Assembly: GCA_963716255.1 (NCBI GenBank)
Contig: OY970303.1
Location: forward strand, 4,448,001 to 4,512,000
From: an uncultured Gemmatimonadales bacterium
Lineage (GTDB): Bacteria; Gemmatimonadota; Gemmatimonadetes; Longimicrobiales; Longimicrobiaceae
Direction of reading: 5' to 3'
DNA: 64,000 bases
In this document: piece after piece, positions 10,294 to 20,186 of the stretch
How the letters are laid out: each line of letters starts with the position of its first letter
How positions within the stretch are numbered: position 1 is the first letter of the stretch
Notes under the pieces: generated by a model
Seen by the model: the letters and a program-made list of their open reading frames with translations, nothing else
Told to the model about the DNA's origin: nothing
Databases searched by the model: none
Translations under genes and position numbers: made by a program

Positions 10294-12501
10294 TCAGCCG
10301 TCCGCGGGCATGTCCAGCAGGACGGCCTCTGCCGGGGCGGGCGCCGCCTCCCCGGCGTGGTGGAACCCGCGCCCCTCGCCGGCCAGCCGCTGCACGAGCG
10401 GTGCCGGCCGGAAGCGCCCGCCGGAGCGGCGGGCGAGCTCCTCCAGCCCGGAGTGCACCGCCGCGATCCCCAGGCGGTCGGCGTAGAAGAGCAGCCCTCC
10501 CTCCGCCGCGGGGAAGCCCAGCCCCAGCAGCGTGGCCAGGTCCACCTCCGCCGCCGTGGCGACCACCCCTTCCTCCAGCGCGTGGGCCGCCTCGTTCACC
10601 AGGGCGAGGAGCATGCGCGAGCACATCTCCGCGGGCGCGGGCTCGGCGCCGCCCGGCCGCGCCATGCCGCGCAGCGCCTCTGCCGCCCCGGGGGAAAGGT
10701 GCGGCTCCCCGGCGCGGTCGTAGCGGAACAGGGCGAACCCCTGGGCGCCCCGCGCACGCTCCCGGCCGGCGAGGGTGGCGAGGAGAGGGGTGGGGCGCAT
10801 GCGCTCCCCCAGCTCCGCGGCGAGGAAGCGGGACAGCCGGGCGACGCGCGCGATCCCCAGCTCGTCCGCGAGGCGCAGCGGCCCCATCGCCATCCCGAAC
10901 GAGGTCATCGCGCCGTCCACCCGCGCCACGGCGGCGCCCTCCTCCAGCAGGCGGAGCGCTTCGTCCACCAGGCGGAGCTGCAGGCGGCCCACCAGGAGCC
11001 CGGGGCTGTCGCGCACCTGGAGCGGGATCTTTTTCAGGCGCCGCGCCAGCGCGGTGGCGGCGGCCGCGGTGTCGTCGGAGGTGGCGTCGCCGCGGACCAC
11101 CTCCACCAGGGCGCCCCACGCGACCGGCGCGGCGAAGTGCATCCCTACCACCTGCTCCGGGCGCGCGCACCCTTCCTGCACCCGCGACACCCGCGCCGCC
11201 GCGCCCGTGGTGACGAGCAGGCAGCCGCTCCGCACGTGCTCTTCCGCCTCGCGGAGGACGGCGCGCCTGCGCTCGTCGTCGTCGGGGACGGCCTCCAGCA
11301 CCACGTCCACCGTCCCGAACCCGCCGAAGCCCAGCGTTCCGACCACCGCCGGCACGCGCGCCTCCGCCTCGGCGGCGGGGAGCCGGTCCTGCCTCACGCC
11401 CTCGCGGAACAGGGCGCGCAGCCGCTCCAGCCCCGTCAGCAGCGCGGCGTGGCGGGTCTCGCGCAGTCGCACCGGGATCCCGGCGGCGGCCAGGAGGTAG
11501 GCGACGCCCGTCCCCGTGCGCCCGGCGCCGAGCACCGCGGCCCGCTGGATCCCGGATGCGGCTTCCGCCGTGTCTTCCCCGCGCGCGGCCTGCCGCAGCG
11601 CGAAGGCGTGCAGCAGCCCGCGCGCCTCGCGGCTCGCCAGCAGCTCGCCGAGCGCCTCGGCCTCGCGCTCGAAGGCGCGGTCCAGGGGGAGCGCGAGCCC
11701 GTCGGCGACGACCTCCAGCGCCCGGCGGGCCGCGGGGCTGCCGGCCCCGGCGCGCGCGAGCTCGCGCCGCATGCGGGCGAAGACCACCCGGCGCCCCGGC
11801 GCGGTGTCCTCCACCAGGCGCCGCGCGACGCCGCGGCGGGCGCCGGTGCGCTGCCGCCCGCGCCGGAGCCGCTCCGCCACGAAGCGCCGCACGGCCGCGC
11901 CGAAGTCGTCGGCGGGGAGCACGGCGTCCACCAGCCCCAGCCGCTCCGCCTCGCGGGCGCTCACGGTGCTCCCCGTGACGATGAGGCCGAGCGCGTCGCG
12001 CACGCCGATGAGCCGGGGGAGGCGGACCGTTCCTCCCAGCGCGGGGACCAGGCCCAGCTTCACCTCGGGGAGGCCGATGCGGGTGCGCGGGGAGGCGGAG
12101 GCCAGCCGGTACGAGCAGGCGAGCGCCAGCTCGGCGCCCGCCCCCAGGCACGCACCGTCCAGCGCGGCGAAGGTGGGGACGGCGAGCTGCTCCAGCCGGC
12201 GGAGGACGGCCTGGCCGCGGCGGGCGTGGGCCGCCCCCTCCGCGGCGTCGCGGACGCTCCGCAGCTCCTCCAGGTCCACTCCCGCCACGAACACGCCGGG
12301 CCTGGCGCTGCGCAGCACCAGCGCGCGCACGCGCCCCTCGCCCGCCAGCCGCCCGGCCTCGGCGAGGAGGCCGTCCAGCGCCTCCAGGCTGGCATGCGAC
12401 AGGAAGTTGGCGCGGCTCCCCGGCCGGTCGAAGACCAGCGAGGCGACGTCCTCCTCCAGCTCCAGCCGGAGCGCGTCGGCCCCGGCGTGCGCGGTGTCCA
12501 C
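10294..12501 (-). CDS. fadJ: enoyl-CoA hydratase / 3-hydroxyacyl-CoA dehydrogenase (FadB/FadJ-like)
   Basis: GAGAELALAC, GLPEVKLG, GAGRTG Rossmann, GMHF..P..LVE, MGPLRLADELG; GTG start inferred. Confidence 0.85.
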   Translation of the reverse strand: MDTAHAGADALRLELEEDVASLVFDRPGSRANFLSHASLEALDGLLAEAGRLAGEGRVRALVLRSARPGVFVAGVDLEELRSVRDAAEGAAHARRGQAVLRRLEQLAVPTFAALDGACLGAGAELALACSYRLASASPRTRIGLPEVKLGLVPALGGTVRLPRLIGVRDALGLIVTGSTVSAREAERLGLVDAVLPADDFGAAVRRFVAERLRRGRQRTGARRGVARRLVEDTAPGRRVVFARMRRELARAGAGSPAARRALEVVADGLALPLDRAFEREAEALGELLASREARGLLHAFALRQAARGEDTAEAASGIQRAAVLGAGRTGTGVAYLLAAAGIPVRLRETRHAALLTGLERLRALFREGVRQDRLPAAEAEARVPAVVGTLGFGGFGTVDVVLEAVPDDDERRRAVLREAEEHVRSGCLLVTTGAAARVSRVQEGCARPEQVVGMHFAAPVAWGALVEVVRGDATSDDTAAAATALARRLKKIPLQVRDSPGLLVGRLQLRLVDEALRLLEEGAAVARVDGAMTSFGMAMGPLRLADELGIARVARLSRFLAAELGERMRPTPLLATLAGRERARGAQGFALFRYDRAGEPHLSPGAAEALRGMARPGGAEPAPAEMCSRMLLALVNEAAHALEEGVVATAAEVDLATLLGLGFPAAEGGLLFYADRLGIAAVHSGLEELARRSGGRFRPAPLVQRLAGEGRGFHHAGEAAPAPAEAVLLDMPADG

Positions 12502-12512
12502 GGGGGGATGGC

Positions 12513-13115
12513 TCAGCCGCGGGCCAGGCCGCGGAAGAAGTGCGCGGCCACCTGCGGCGCGGTGGGGACGAGCGGGCGGGAGTGGTCGCCGAGCAGCCAT
12601 TCCAGCTCGATCTCCTCGATGGCGCCGATCAGCATGCGGCGGGCGAGGGGAACGTCCACGTCGTCGCGGATGGCCCCCTGGCCGCGTCCGCTCTCCAGCA
12701 GGTCGTCGATGGCGGCGGCGTAGGAGCGGAGCACGTCGCGCACGGCGCCGCCGTAGAACTTGCTGGACTGCCGCGACTCCAGCAGGAGCACGGTGGCGAG
12801 GGCCGGCTGCGCCTCGATGCTCTCGAACTGCATGCGGATGAAGGAGGCGAGCCGCTCGTGGAAGGGCGCCTCGGCGCGCAGCACGTCGCGCACCGATTCG
12901 CAGAACTCGTTGACGCGCTCGCGGAAGGCGGTGAGCAGCAGGTCGTCCTTGCCGCCGAAGTACAGGTAGATGGTGCCCTCCGCGACGCCCGCCCCGGCGG
13001 CGATGTCGCTGATGCGCGCGGCGAAGTAGCCGTGGTCGGCGAACTCGCGCACCGCGGACGCCAGGATCTCCCTGCGGCGGGCCTCGCGCTGACCGGTGAG
13101 TGAGGGCTCATTCAT
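12513..13115 (-). CDS. TetR/AcrR family regulator (fatty-acid FadR-like)
   Basis: IAAGAGVAEGTIYLYFGGKDDL HTH; directly upstream of fadJ-like gene. Confidence 0.9.
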   Translation of the reverse strand: MNEPSLTGQREARRREILASAVREFADHGYFAARISDIAAGAGVAEGTIYLYFGGKDDLLLTAFRERVNEFCESVRDVLRAEAPFHERLASFIRMQFESIEAQPALATVLLLESRQSSKFYGGAVRDVLRSYAAAIDDLLESGRGQGAIRDDVDVPLARRMLIGAIEEIELEWLLGDHSRPLVPTAPQVAAHFFRGLARG

Positions 13116-13222
13116 AACCCAATGATACGCCACGCCCTCCGCGAGCGGCAAGGCCGGGCGGCCCCAAACGACACCGGCCCGCGGAGATCCATTCCGCGGG
13201 CCGGTGTCGTTCGCGAGGAGTC

Positions 13223-13351
13223 GCGTGAGGGATTTCGGCCCGAAGGGGCGAGACCGCGCGGCTGTTTGCGCGGGCTCGACTCCGTTACGCAGCGTTGTTT
13301 GCTGCTTTACGGAGCCGAAGCCCGACCCCGGCGCCAGCCGGGGGCACGCCC
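13223..13351 (+). repeat. family A copy
   Basis: Near-identical frame to 2311-2439. Confidence 0.9.
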
Positions 13352-13371
13352 AACCCCGCCGTCGAAAGCCG

Positions 13372-16300
13372 TCAGAACCCCGGCTGCACCCCGAACTGCC
13401 AGTGCCACCCACGATCCCGCTCGAAGCCGTTCACGTAGTCGATCTCCAGGATCAGGTACCCGAAGACGTTGATGCGCCCGCCGACCCCCGCGCTGGTCAG
13501 GATCCCGCGCCGGCTGGTGTCCTCGAAGAGGCCGCGCTCGAACACGACCTCGGAGTCCTGGTCCCACGCGGTGCCGGCGTCGAAGAAGGCGATCCCCTCG
13601 ATGGGCGGCAGCCCGAACGAGGAGCCCAGCACGATCTGCCGGATCAGCGGGAAGCGCAGCTCGGCGTTGACCACCGCCACCCGGCTGCCGAAGAGCCGCT
13701 CCGCCACGTCGCAGTCGCTGTCGTTCTCGAAGTTGCCGCCGGTGCACCGGCTGTACGCGTCGTAGTAGCCGCGCATCAGGTAGCCCTGGCCCAGGTACAG
13801 GTCCTGGAAGAGCCGCCCGCCCTCGCCGTCGGTCTCCGCGTTCTTGCCGTAGCGCCCGAAGTGCAGCCCGCGCACCGCGAAGGTGAAGGGGCGCAGGAAG
13901 AAGTAGCGGCGGTAGTCGGCCAGCGCCTGCATGAACTGCACGGTGCCCACCGTGGGCGTGACCTCGAAGCGGTAGCGCTGCCCGGCGAAGGGCGAGGTGT
14001 ACCCGGTGAGCGAGTTGTCGTACACCAGCGCCGCCGAGCCCTCCACCAAGTTGTACGCGGCCTCGTAGCGCGGGTCGTCGAACTCCTTGTACTCGGTGGG
14101 GCCGGTGATGACGGGCTGGCCGTTCTGGATCTCGAAGGGCGCGCTGATCTCCTGCACCTGGGCGTCCTGCGAGATGCGCCGCGCGCCCAGCGCGAACTCG
14201 GCCCGCTGCACCTGCGAGAAGGGGTACTGCGCCAGCCCCTGGATGCTGGTGTCGAAGTAGCGGAAGCGGATGAGCTGCTCCTTGACCCGCATGTCCGTCT
14301 GGTCGTAGCCGCCCGCCCGACCCAGGCCGATGTAGGGAAGGCGCTGCGCCGCGGCGCCGTAGTTCCAGCGGTGCTTGCGGTACAGGTAGACGGTGCTGAA
14401 GCCGATCTCGTCCAGCTGCCCCTGCGCCTGCACCGAGCCGAACACGGTGTGGTAGCCCAGCACGTCGCTGAAGATGCCGGCGATGCCGCCGTACACGCCG
14501 CCCCGCGCGAAGGCGCTCCCGGTGGAGACGCCCACCTGCGGCTGCCCCAGGTAGTCCAGCGACAGCCGCGCGCCGTACCCGTCCGTGGCCCACGCGGCGT
14601 CCTCCGGGGGGAGGCCGGTGCTCTTGTCGGACAGGAGCGCGCTCACCCGGTTGAACGCGGACTCGGTGGGCCGCGGGACGGGCGGCAGGAACGCCGCCAG
14701 CGGGGCGAGCTGCCGCGACGCCCCCGCGGAGTCCACCACGGCCACGCCCGCCAGCTCGCGCGGCTCGGTGAGCGAGTAGATGTTGTAGCCACCCCGCTCG
14801 AAGGCGGTGAACAGCAGCCGGTTGCCGGTGCGCGCGGTGGAGATCGCCGGGCTCAGGTCGGTGATCCCGCTGGCGCCGGTGAACAGGTCGGTCACGCGGC
14901 TGAGCGCGCCGGTGGCCAGCTCCACGCGGTAGATGTTGGAGATGCCGGTGCGGTTGGAGATGAAGAACAGGGAGCGCCCGTCGCTGGACCACGCGGGGTT
15001 GATGTTCTTCCCCCAGCTGCCGCCCGCCTGCTCCGCCTCGGTGGGCGACTGCATGGCCGGGGCGGGGCGGATCTCGCTGGTGGCGACGTCCATCAGCGCG
15101 ATGCGGTAGGTGCCGTATTCCAGCCGGTCCAGGTCGGTGCCCTCGCCCCGGTCGGTCACGAAGGCGATGGTGCGGCCGTCCGGAGAGAAGGCCGGCTGCA
15201 TGTCCGCGTAGCGGTCGTTGGTGAGCTGCCGGGCGGTCCCGGTGCTCACGTCCAGGGCGTACAGGTCGGTCAGCCCGCCCTTGGTCCCAGAGAACACGAT
15301 GGTGCGCCCGTCCGGCGACCAGGTGGGGTTGGTGATCTCGCTGACCCCCGGGACGCCGTACTCGCGCTGGCGGTCGGCCCCCGGGACGCTGATGATCACC
15401 AGCACGTCCGCGCCCCTGCGCAGCGCCGAGAAGGCGAAGCGGTCGCCGCCGGGCGCCCAGGTGCCGGCGGAGTTGATGTAGCGCAGGCTCCCGAAGTGCG
15501 CGTCGAAGGCGGTGCCGCGCTGCAGGCGCTTGATCACCTCGCCGGTCTCGGCGTCGGCCAGGTACAGCTCCACGTCCAGGAAGTCCAGCTCGGACAGGAA
15601 GGCCACGTAGCGGCCGTCCGGCGAGACGGCGGGGGCCAGGTTGACCTGCCCCCCCTCGCGCTTCTGGGTGATCAGCGGCCGGGCGATCTCGCGCGCCTCC
15701 TTGCGCTCGTTGAGGAGCGGGAGGTAGGCGCGGCGGATGGAGGTGTGCCAGTCCTCGGAGATCTCTTCCAGGTCGGTGTTGAGGATGCGCTCGAAGGCTT
15801 CCTCGTACGGCACGCCCTGGCCCACCTGCTTGAGGATCTGCCCCACCACGGCGTCGCCCCAGCGCCCGCCGACGTACGCCCAGAACGCCTGCCCCCAGCG
15901 GTAGGGGAAGTAGCGCGGGCTGTACGTCATCTGCTCGACGGTGGGGATGTCGCCGGTGAGGGCGGCGTCGCGCACCCACATGGCCGTGTGCGGGTCCACG
16001 GGGCCCACCGACAGGTACTCGGCCATTCCCTCCGTGAACCAGAGCGGGACGCTGAGCCGCCGCGCCGCCGCCTCCAGCCCGCCCGCGCCGCCGCGCCCGA
16101 AGCCGGCGATGTCGTACTGGAAGGCGTGCACCATCTCGTGGCCCAGGACGTGGTCCGTCTCTTCGTACGACCCGGCCAGCGGCAGCACCACGCGCCGCTT
16201 GAACGCTTCCGTGAACCCGCCCGTCCCCTCGCTGATCTCGCTTCCGGTGGTGACCGTCTGCTGGAACTCGGGGTGGCTGGCGTACAGCACCAGCGGCTGC

Positions 16301-16572
16301 TTGTTCTCGAAGCGGTGGTCGATGATCCGGGAGAGGCGCGAGTACCATCGCTCCGCCATGCGGGCGGCGTCGCGGGTGGCGACCTGCTCCGACGGGTAGT
16401 AGTAGACGTCGAAGTTCTCCGTCCGGAGCACCTGGAAGTCGAAGGTCTCGTACTGGACCTTGTTCCTCCCGAAGTACTGGGCCGACAGGGACGTGTCGTG
16501 GACCGCGACCGCCGCCAGCGCGAGCACGAAGGGGGTGAGGAGGCGGGTCGCGGGGGATCGGGAAGCGGTCAT
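13372..16572 (-). CDS. peptidase MA + PD40/TolB propeller + BamA/Omp85-type barrel fusion protein
   Basis: QYFGRNKVQY, HEMVH..WFTEGMAEY gluzincin, SPDG repeats, NAELRFP, C-terminal Phe. Confidence 0.85.
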   Translation of the reverse strand: MTASRSPATRLLTPFVLALAAVAVHDTSLSAQYFGRNKVQYETFDFQVLRTENFDVYYYPSEQVATRDAARMAERWYSRLSRIIDHRFENKQPLVLYASHPEFQQTVTTGSEISEGTGGFTEAFKRRVVLPLAGSYEETDHVLGHEMVHAFQYDIAGFGRGGAGGLEAAARRLSVPLWFTEGMAEYLSVGPVDPHTAMWVRDAALTGDIPTVEQMTYSPRYFPYRWGQAFWAYVGGRWGDAVVGQILKQVGQGVPYEEAFERILNTDLEEISEDWHTSIRRAYLPLLNERKEAREIARPLITQKREGGQVNLAPAVSPDGRYVAFLSELDFLDVELYLADAETGEVIKRLQRGTAFDAHFGSLRYINSAGTWAPGGDRFAFSALRRGADVLVIISVPGADRQREYGVPGVSEITNPTWSPDGRTIVFSGTKGGLTDLYALDVSTGTARQLTNDRYADMQPAFSPDGRTIAFVTDRGEGTDLDRLEYGTYRIALMDVATSEIRPAPAMQSPTEAEQAGGSWGKNINPAWSSDGRSLFFISNRTGISNIYRVELATGALSRVTDLFTGASGITDLSPAISTARTGNRLLFTAFERGGYNIYSLTEPRELAGVAVVDSAGASRQLAPLAAFLPPVPRPTESAFNRVSALLSDKSTGLPPEDAAWATDGYGARLSLDYLGQPQVGVSTGSAFARGGVYGGIAGIFSDVLGYHTVFGSVQAQGQLDEIGFSTVYLYRKHRWNYGAAAQRLPYIGLGRAGGYDQTDMRVKEQLIRFRYFDTSIQGLAQYPFSQVQRAEFALGARRISQDAQVQEISAPFEIQNGQPVITGPTEYKEFDDPRYEAAYNLVEGSAALVYDNSLTGYTSPFAGQRYRFEVTPTVGTVQFMQALADYRRYFFLRPFTFAVRGLHFGRYGKNAETDGEGGRLFQDLYLGQGYLMRGYYDAYSRCTGGNFENDSDCDVAERLFGSRVAVVNAELRFPLIRQIVLGSSFGLPPIEGIAFFDAGTAWDQDSEVVFERGLFEDTSRRGILTSAGVGGRINVFGYLILEIDYVNGFERDRGWHWQFGVQPGF

Positions 16573-17030
16573 GGGTCCTCTGCCGTCCGGGATGGGGTTC
16601 CTGGGGACTCCGTCGTCGTGGCTTTCCTGCAACATCCTTGGCGCGGCCCGCTCGCGCCAGGGCGAGCGGGGCCGCAGCCGTCCGTACGTGCGTTCTCGTG
16701 GCCGTGAGCTGCGGGGCGGCCCGGACGGGAGCCGGTCGCCGGGACCGGCTGCTCCAGGAAGAGCCGCAGCGACATCGCCGTCGGACCGGAAGGGGACGGG
16801 CCCACACGGCCCCCGCGCGAGGCGGGGCCGGGGTGCGTCCGCGCGCCCGTCGGTTGTTTCGGTGCCCTGCCCGGGAAATCGCAAGGATCGCGCCCGGTCC
16901 GGGGTCCTCCGCACAACCTTTGCCGCAGGCTGGAATTCTCCCCCGCGCGCGGAGGTGGTCCGCGCCTTGCTCCGCTCCAGCGGACCCCAGGAGTGTTGCG
17001 GCGCGGGACAGCGCCGACGGAACCAGGTGC

Positions 17031-17585
17031 GTGGAGCGTGTGGTGGAGCAGACCGACGACGTCCGGCGGACCCCGGTGGACCGCGAGGAGAGCGCGAGCC
17101 GCGCGCTGAACGCGTACCGGGAGCGCAGGCGCAGGCGCCGCGCCGAGGACACCTACTTCGGCAGCTCGGACTGCCTGCTCTCCAAGACGGAGCGCGCGGG
17201 CGGCGAGGCGGACATCACCAGCCGCCGCGTGGAGATCATGGAGGCGGCGCAGCAGAGCGGGATGCCGCCGGAGCTGGCCGAGCTTCTCTACGACGTGGCC
17301 CGCGACGAGGGGCTGGACCCGGCGCTGGGATACGAGCTGGTGCGGTGCGGGCTGGGCGTGTGCCCGCCGGACGACGGACTTTCCAACGCGCCCACTCAGC
17401 CCACCACGGACAAGTATCTCCCGGAGTGGCTGGACCCGGCCGTCCCGCCGGACGCGCTCCTCCGGGAGCGGATGCTGCGCCTTTCCTTCCGGCGGCTCCT
17501 GTCGCTGCTGGAGCGGAACGAGGAGGTGGACGACGCCTTCCGCGCCTTCGCGCGGGAGCCCGACGTGGGCTACATGGGCTACTAG
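17031..17585 (+). CDS. hypothetical protein
   Basis: Strong GC3 codon bias; GTG start uncertain. Confidence 0.65.
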   Translation: MERVVEQTDDVRRTPVDREESASRALNAYRERRRRRRAEDTYFGSSDCLLSKTERAGGEADITSRRVEIMEAAQQSGMPPELAELLYDVARDEGLDPALGYELVRCGLGVCPPDDGLSNAPTQPTTDKYLPEWLDPAVPPDALLRERMLRLSFRRLLSLLERNEEVDDAFRAFAREPDVGYMGY

Positions 17586-17682
17586 GCGCCCGCGCGGGAG
17601 GCGTCCCTGGCGCAGCCGGGGCGCGGGACCGAAATTGGTGTACCGCGCGGTCCACGCGCAGGATCCATTTGAGGAGACAGCC

Positions 17683-19395
17683 TTGTCAGAAGAAGAAGCC
17701 GTCGGCGTTGCGGCGGAGAACGACGCCCCCACCTTCGCCGGGCTCGGGCTGAGCGCGGAGGTGCTCGCCGCGCTGGAGGCCCTCGGGTACGAGGAGCCCA
17801 CGCCCATCCAGACGGAGGCGATCCCGGTCCTCATGGAGGGGCGCGACGTGATCGGCCGCGCGGCGACGGGAACGGGAAAGACCGCGGCCTTTGCGCTCCC
17901 CCTGGTGGAGAAGGTGGAGCCGGACGTGCGCGGGGTCCAGGGGCTGGTGCTGGCGCCCACGCGCGAGCTGGCGGTGCAGGTGGCGGAGGCGGTGCACAAG
18001 TACGGGGCCCGGCGCGGGATCAGCGTGCTCGCGGTGTACGGCGGGCAGGCCATCGACCGCCAGTTCCGGGAGCTGCGGCGCGGGGTGAGCGTGGTGGTGG
18101 GGACGCCGGGCCGCATCCTGGACCACATCCGCCGCGGCACGCTGCAGCTGGGCTCGGTACGCTACCTGGTGCTGGACGAGGCGGACGAGATGCTGGACAT
18201 GGGCTTCATCGAGGACATCGACGCGATCCTCGAGGAGACCCCGGCGGAGCGGCAGACGGCGCTCTTCTCGGCCACTTTCCCGCCGCGGATCGCGGAGCTG
18301 TCGCAGCGCCACATGCGCGACCCGGCCCGGATCACCGTGCGGGCGCCGCAGCTGGAGACGCCGCTGGTGCGCCAGGTGGCGTACACGGTGGCGCGCCCGT
18401 ACAAGCTGGAGGCGCTGGGGCGCATCCTGGACGTGGAGGCGCCCACCTCGGCCATCATCTTCTGCCGGACGCGCAACGAGGTGGACGAGCTGACGGAGGC
18501 GCTCACCGTGCGCGGCTACCACCCGGAGGCGCTGCACGGCGGGCTCAACCAGGCGCAGCGCGACCGGGTGATGAAGCGCTTCCGCGACGGCTCGGCGGAC
18601 CTGCTGATCGCGACCGACGTGGCGGCGCGCGGGCTGGACGTGGAGCACGTGAGCCACGTGGTGAACTTCGACATCCCGCAGACGCCCGAGGTGTACGTGC
18701 ACCGCATCGGGCGGACGGGGCGGGCGGGGCGCGAGGGGACGGCGGTGACGCTGGTGCAGCCCCGCGAGCTGGGGCTGCTGCGCGCCATCGAGCGCCTGGT
18801 GCGGCAGCCGATCGAGCAGGCGCGCGTCCCCACCATCGCGGACCTGCGCACGCGCCGGCTGGAGCTGCTGCGCAGCGCGATCCTGGAAACGCTGGAGGAG
18901 GACGAGTTCGACCGCTACCTGGAGGTGGTGCAGTCGCTGACGGAGCAGCACGACCCGCTGCACGTGGCGGCGGCGGCGGCGAAGATGGCGGCGGACGCCA
19001 CCCGCGGCGAGGAGCCGGAGGAGGGGGAGGACATCCCGCAGTTCGAGCCGCGCCGCGGGCAGGGCGGCTGGGACGGCGCGGACCGCGACAGCCGCGGCCC
19101 GCGCGGACGCCAGGACCGCACGGAGGTGCCGCGCCGCGGACGGCGCAGCGGGGGCGAGATGACGCGCCTGTTCCTGAGCGTGGGGCGCCGCCGCGGGATC
19201 AAGCCGGGCGACATCGTGGGGGCGATCACGGGCGAGGCGAAGATCCCGGGCGACGCGATCGGCGCCATCGAGATCGCCGACCAGTTCTCGCTGGTGGAGG
19301 TGGCGGAGCAGTTCGCGGAGCAGGTGATCCGCGCCATGGGCCGCGCCACCATCAAGGGCAAGCCGGTCGGCATCCGCCGGGCGCGCGACGACTGA
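17683..19395 (+). CDS. deaD: DEAD-box RNA helicase (DeaD/CsdA-like, DbpA RNA-binding domain)
   Basis: GTGKT, PTRELA, DEAD, SAT, HRIGRTGR; GAGGAG RBS before TTG. Confidence 0.92.
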   Translation: MSEEEAVGVAAENDAPTFAGLGLSAEVLAALEALGYEEPTPIQTEAIPVLMEGRDVIGRAATGTGKTAAFALPLVEKVEPDVRGVQGLVLAPTRELAVQVAEAVHKYGARRGISVLAVYGGQAIDRQFRELRRGVSVVVGTPGRILDHIRRGTLQLGSVRYLVLDEADEMLDMGFIEDIDAILEETPAERQTALFSATFPPRIAELSQRHMRDPARITVRAPQLETPLVRQVAYTVARPYKLEALGRILDVEAPTSAIIFCRTRNEVDELTEALTVRGYHPEALHGGLNQAQRDRVMKRFRDGSADLLIATDVAARGLDVEHVSHVVNFDIPQTPEVYVHRIGRTGRAGREGTAVTLVQPRELGLLRAIERLVRQPIEQARVPTIADLRTRRLELLRSAILETLEEDEFDRYLEVVQSLTEQHDPLHVAAAAAKMAADATRGEEPEEGEDIPQFEPRRGQGGWDGADRDSRGPRGRQDRTEVPRRGRRSGGEMTRLFLSVGRRRGIKPGDIVGAITGEAKIPGDAIGAIEIADQFSLVEVAEQFAEQVIRAMGRATIKGKPVGIRRARDD

Positions 19396-19421
19396 AGCCC
19401 TTTTGCGGTTCTCGTGACGGC

Positions 19422-19459
19422 ACGGCGGGGCCGCGGATCCAGTCCGCGGCCCCGCCGTC
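19422..19459 (+). terminator. GC hairpin after deaD
   Basis: ACGGCGGGGCCGCGGA-TCCAG-TCCGCGGCCCCGCCGT; no U tract. Confidence 0.5.
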
Positions 19460-19588
19460 GCGTGAGGGATTACGGCCCGAAGGGGCGAGACCGCGCGGCT
19501 GTTTGCGCGGGCTCGACTCCGTTAGCGAGCGTAGTTTGATCGCTTACGGAGCCGAAGCCCGACCCCGGCGCCAGCCGGGGGCACGCCC
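19460..19588 (+). repeat. family A copy
   Basis: Same frame, covarying stem 3. Confidence 0.9.
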
Positions 19589-19613
19589 AAACCCGCCGTT
19601 CAGTCGGTAAAAG

Positions 19614-19991
19614 TCAGGGACGCTGGACGAGCACCCACACGCTCTCGGTGTTCCTGCTGTAGAACATGGAGATGAGCACGTCCTTGCGCCGTCCGTCGCG
19701 GAACTTGAACTCGTATTCGAAGGTGGTGCTCAGGTCTCGGGCCGCGACGCCGTCCAGGAACTTGCCGTGGAACTCCCGGACCCTGGTGCAGGGGGCCACG
19801 TCATCGAAGAAGCTCCTGCCCACGGCGGCGGCCTTGTCCACGCGCGCGAGGTCGGACTCGGTCTGGTTGAACCTGAGGATCTTGCCGGCCGTGTCCAGCT
19901 GGATCATCCCCACGGGGAGCTCGTCGAGCTCGTCCTCGGCGAGCTGGTCGGCGCGCTCCAGGACGTCGGGCATGGCGGTCTGCTGCAGCAT
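19614..19991 (-). CDS. pyp: photoactive yellow protein (PYP)-like PAS protein
   Basis: 125 aa; GMIQLD..G.IL..N..E, GRSFFDDVAPCT, EFHGKF, WVLVQR co-linear with PYP. Confidence 0.85.
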   Translation of the reverse strand: MLQQTAMPDVLERADQLAEDELDELPVGMIQLDTAGKILRFNQTESDLARVDKAAAVGRSFFDDVAPCTRVREFHGKFLDGVAARDLSTTFEYEFKFRDGRRKDVLISMFYSRNTESVWVLVQRP

Positions 19992-20186
19992 CGGTGGTTC
20001 TCTCCGGTGGAGATGGGATCGGCGGGTGGGCTCGTGGCCGGAGGAAACCCTGGGCAAACCCTGTGCGCGGCCCGGCCGATCCATGCCGTGCAACGGCTTA
20101 TGCGGGCGTGTCGGGATCCGTGTGGCCGCGCGCGGCGGTGATGCGCACTTCCGCCTTGCACTTTGCGCGGTGGCGCCCCCACCCGG

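Noticed and set aside
13204..17152. Very long alternative-frame ORFs (e.g. 13204-16707 +, 13307-17152 -, 50546-53128 -, 27089-29611 +)
   Set aside because: Shadow ORFs of high-GC genes; Arg/Pro/Gly-rich, no motifs, overlapping well-supported CDSs.
20054..20068. sigma-54 promoter for pyp (GCGCAC-N5-TTGC)
   Set aside because: Lacks the invariant -24 GG.
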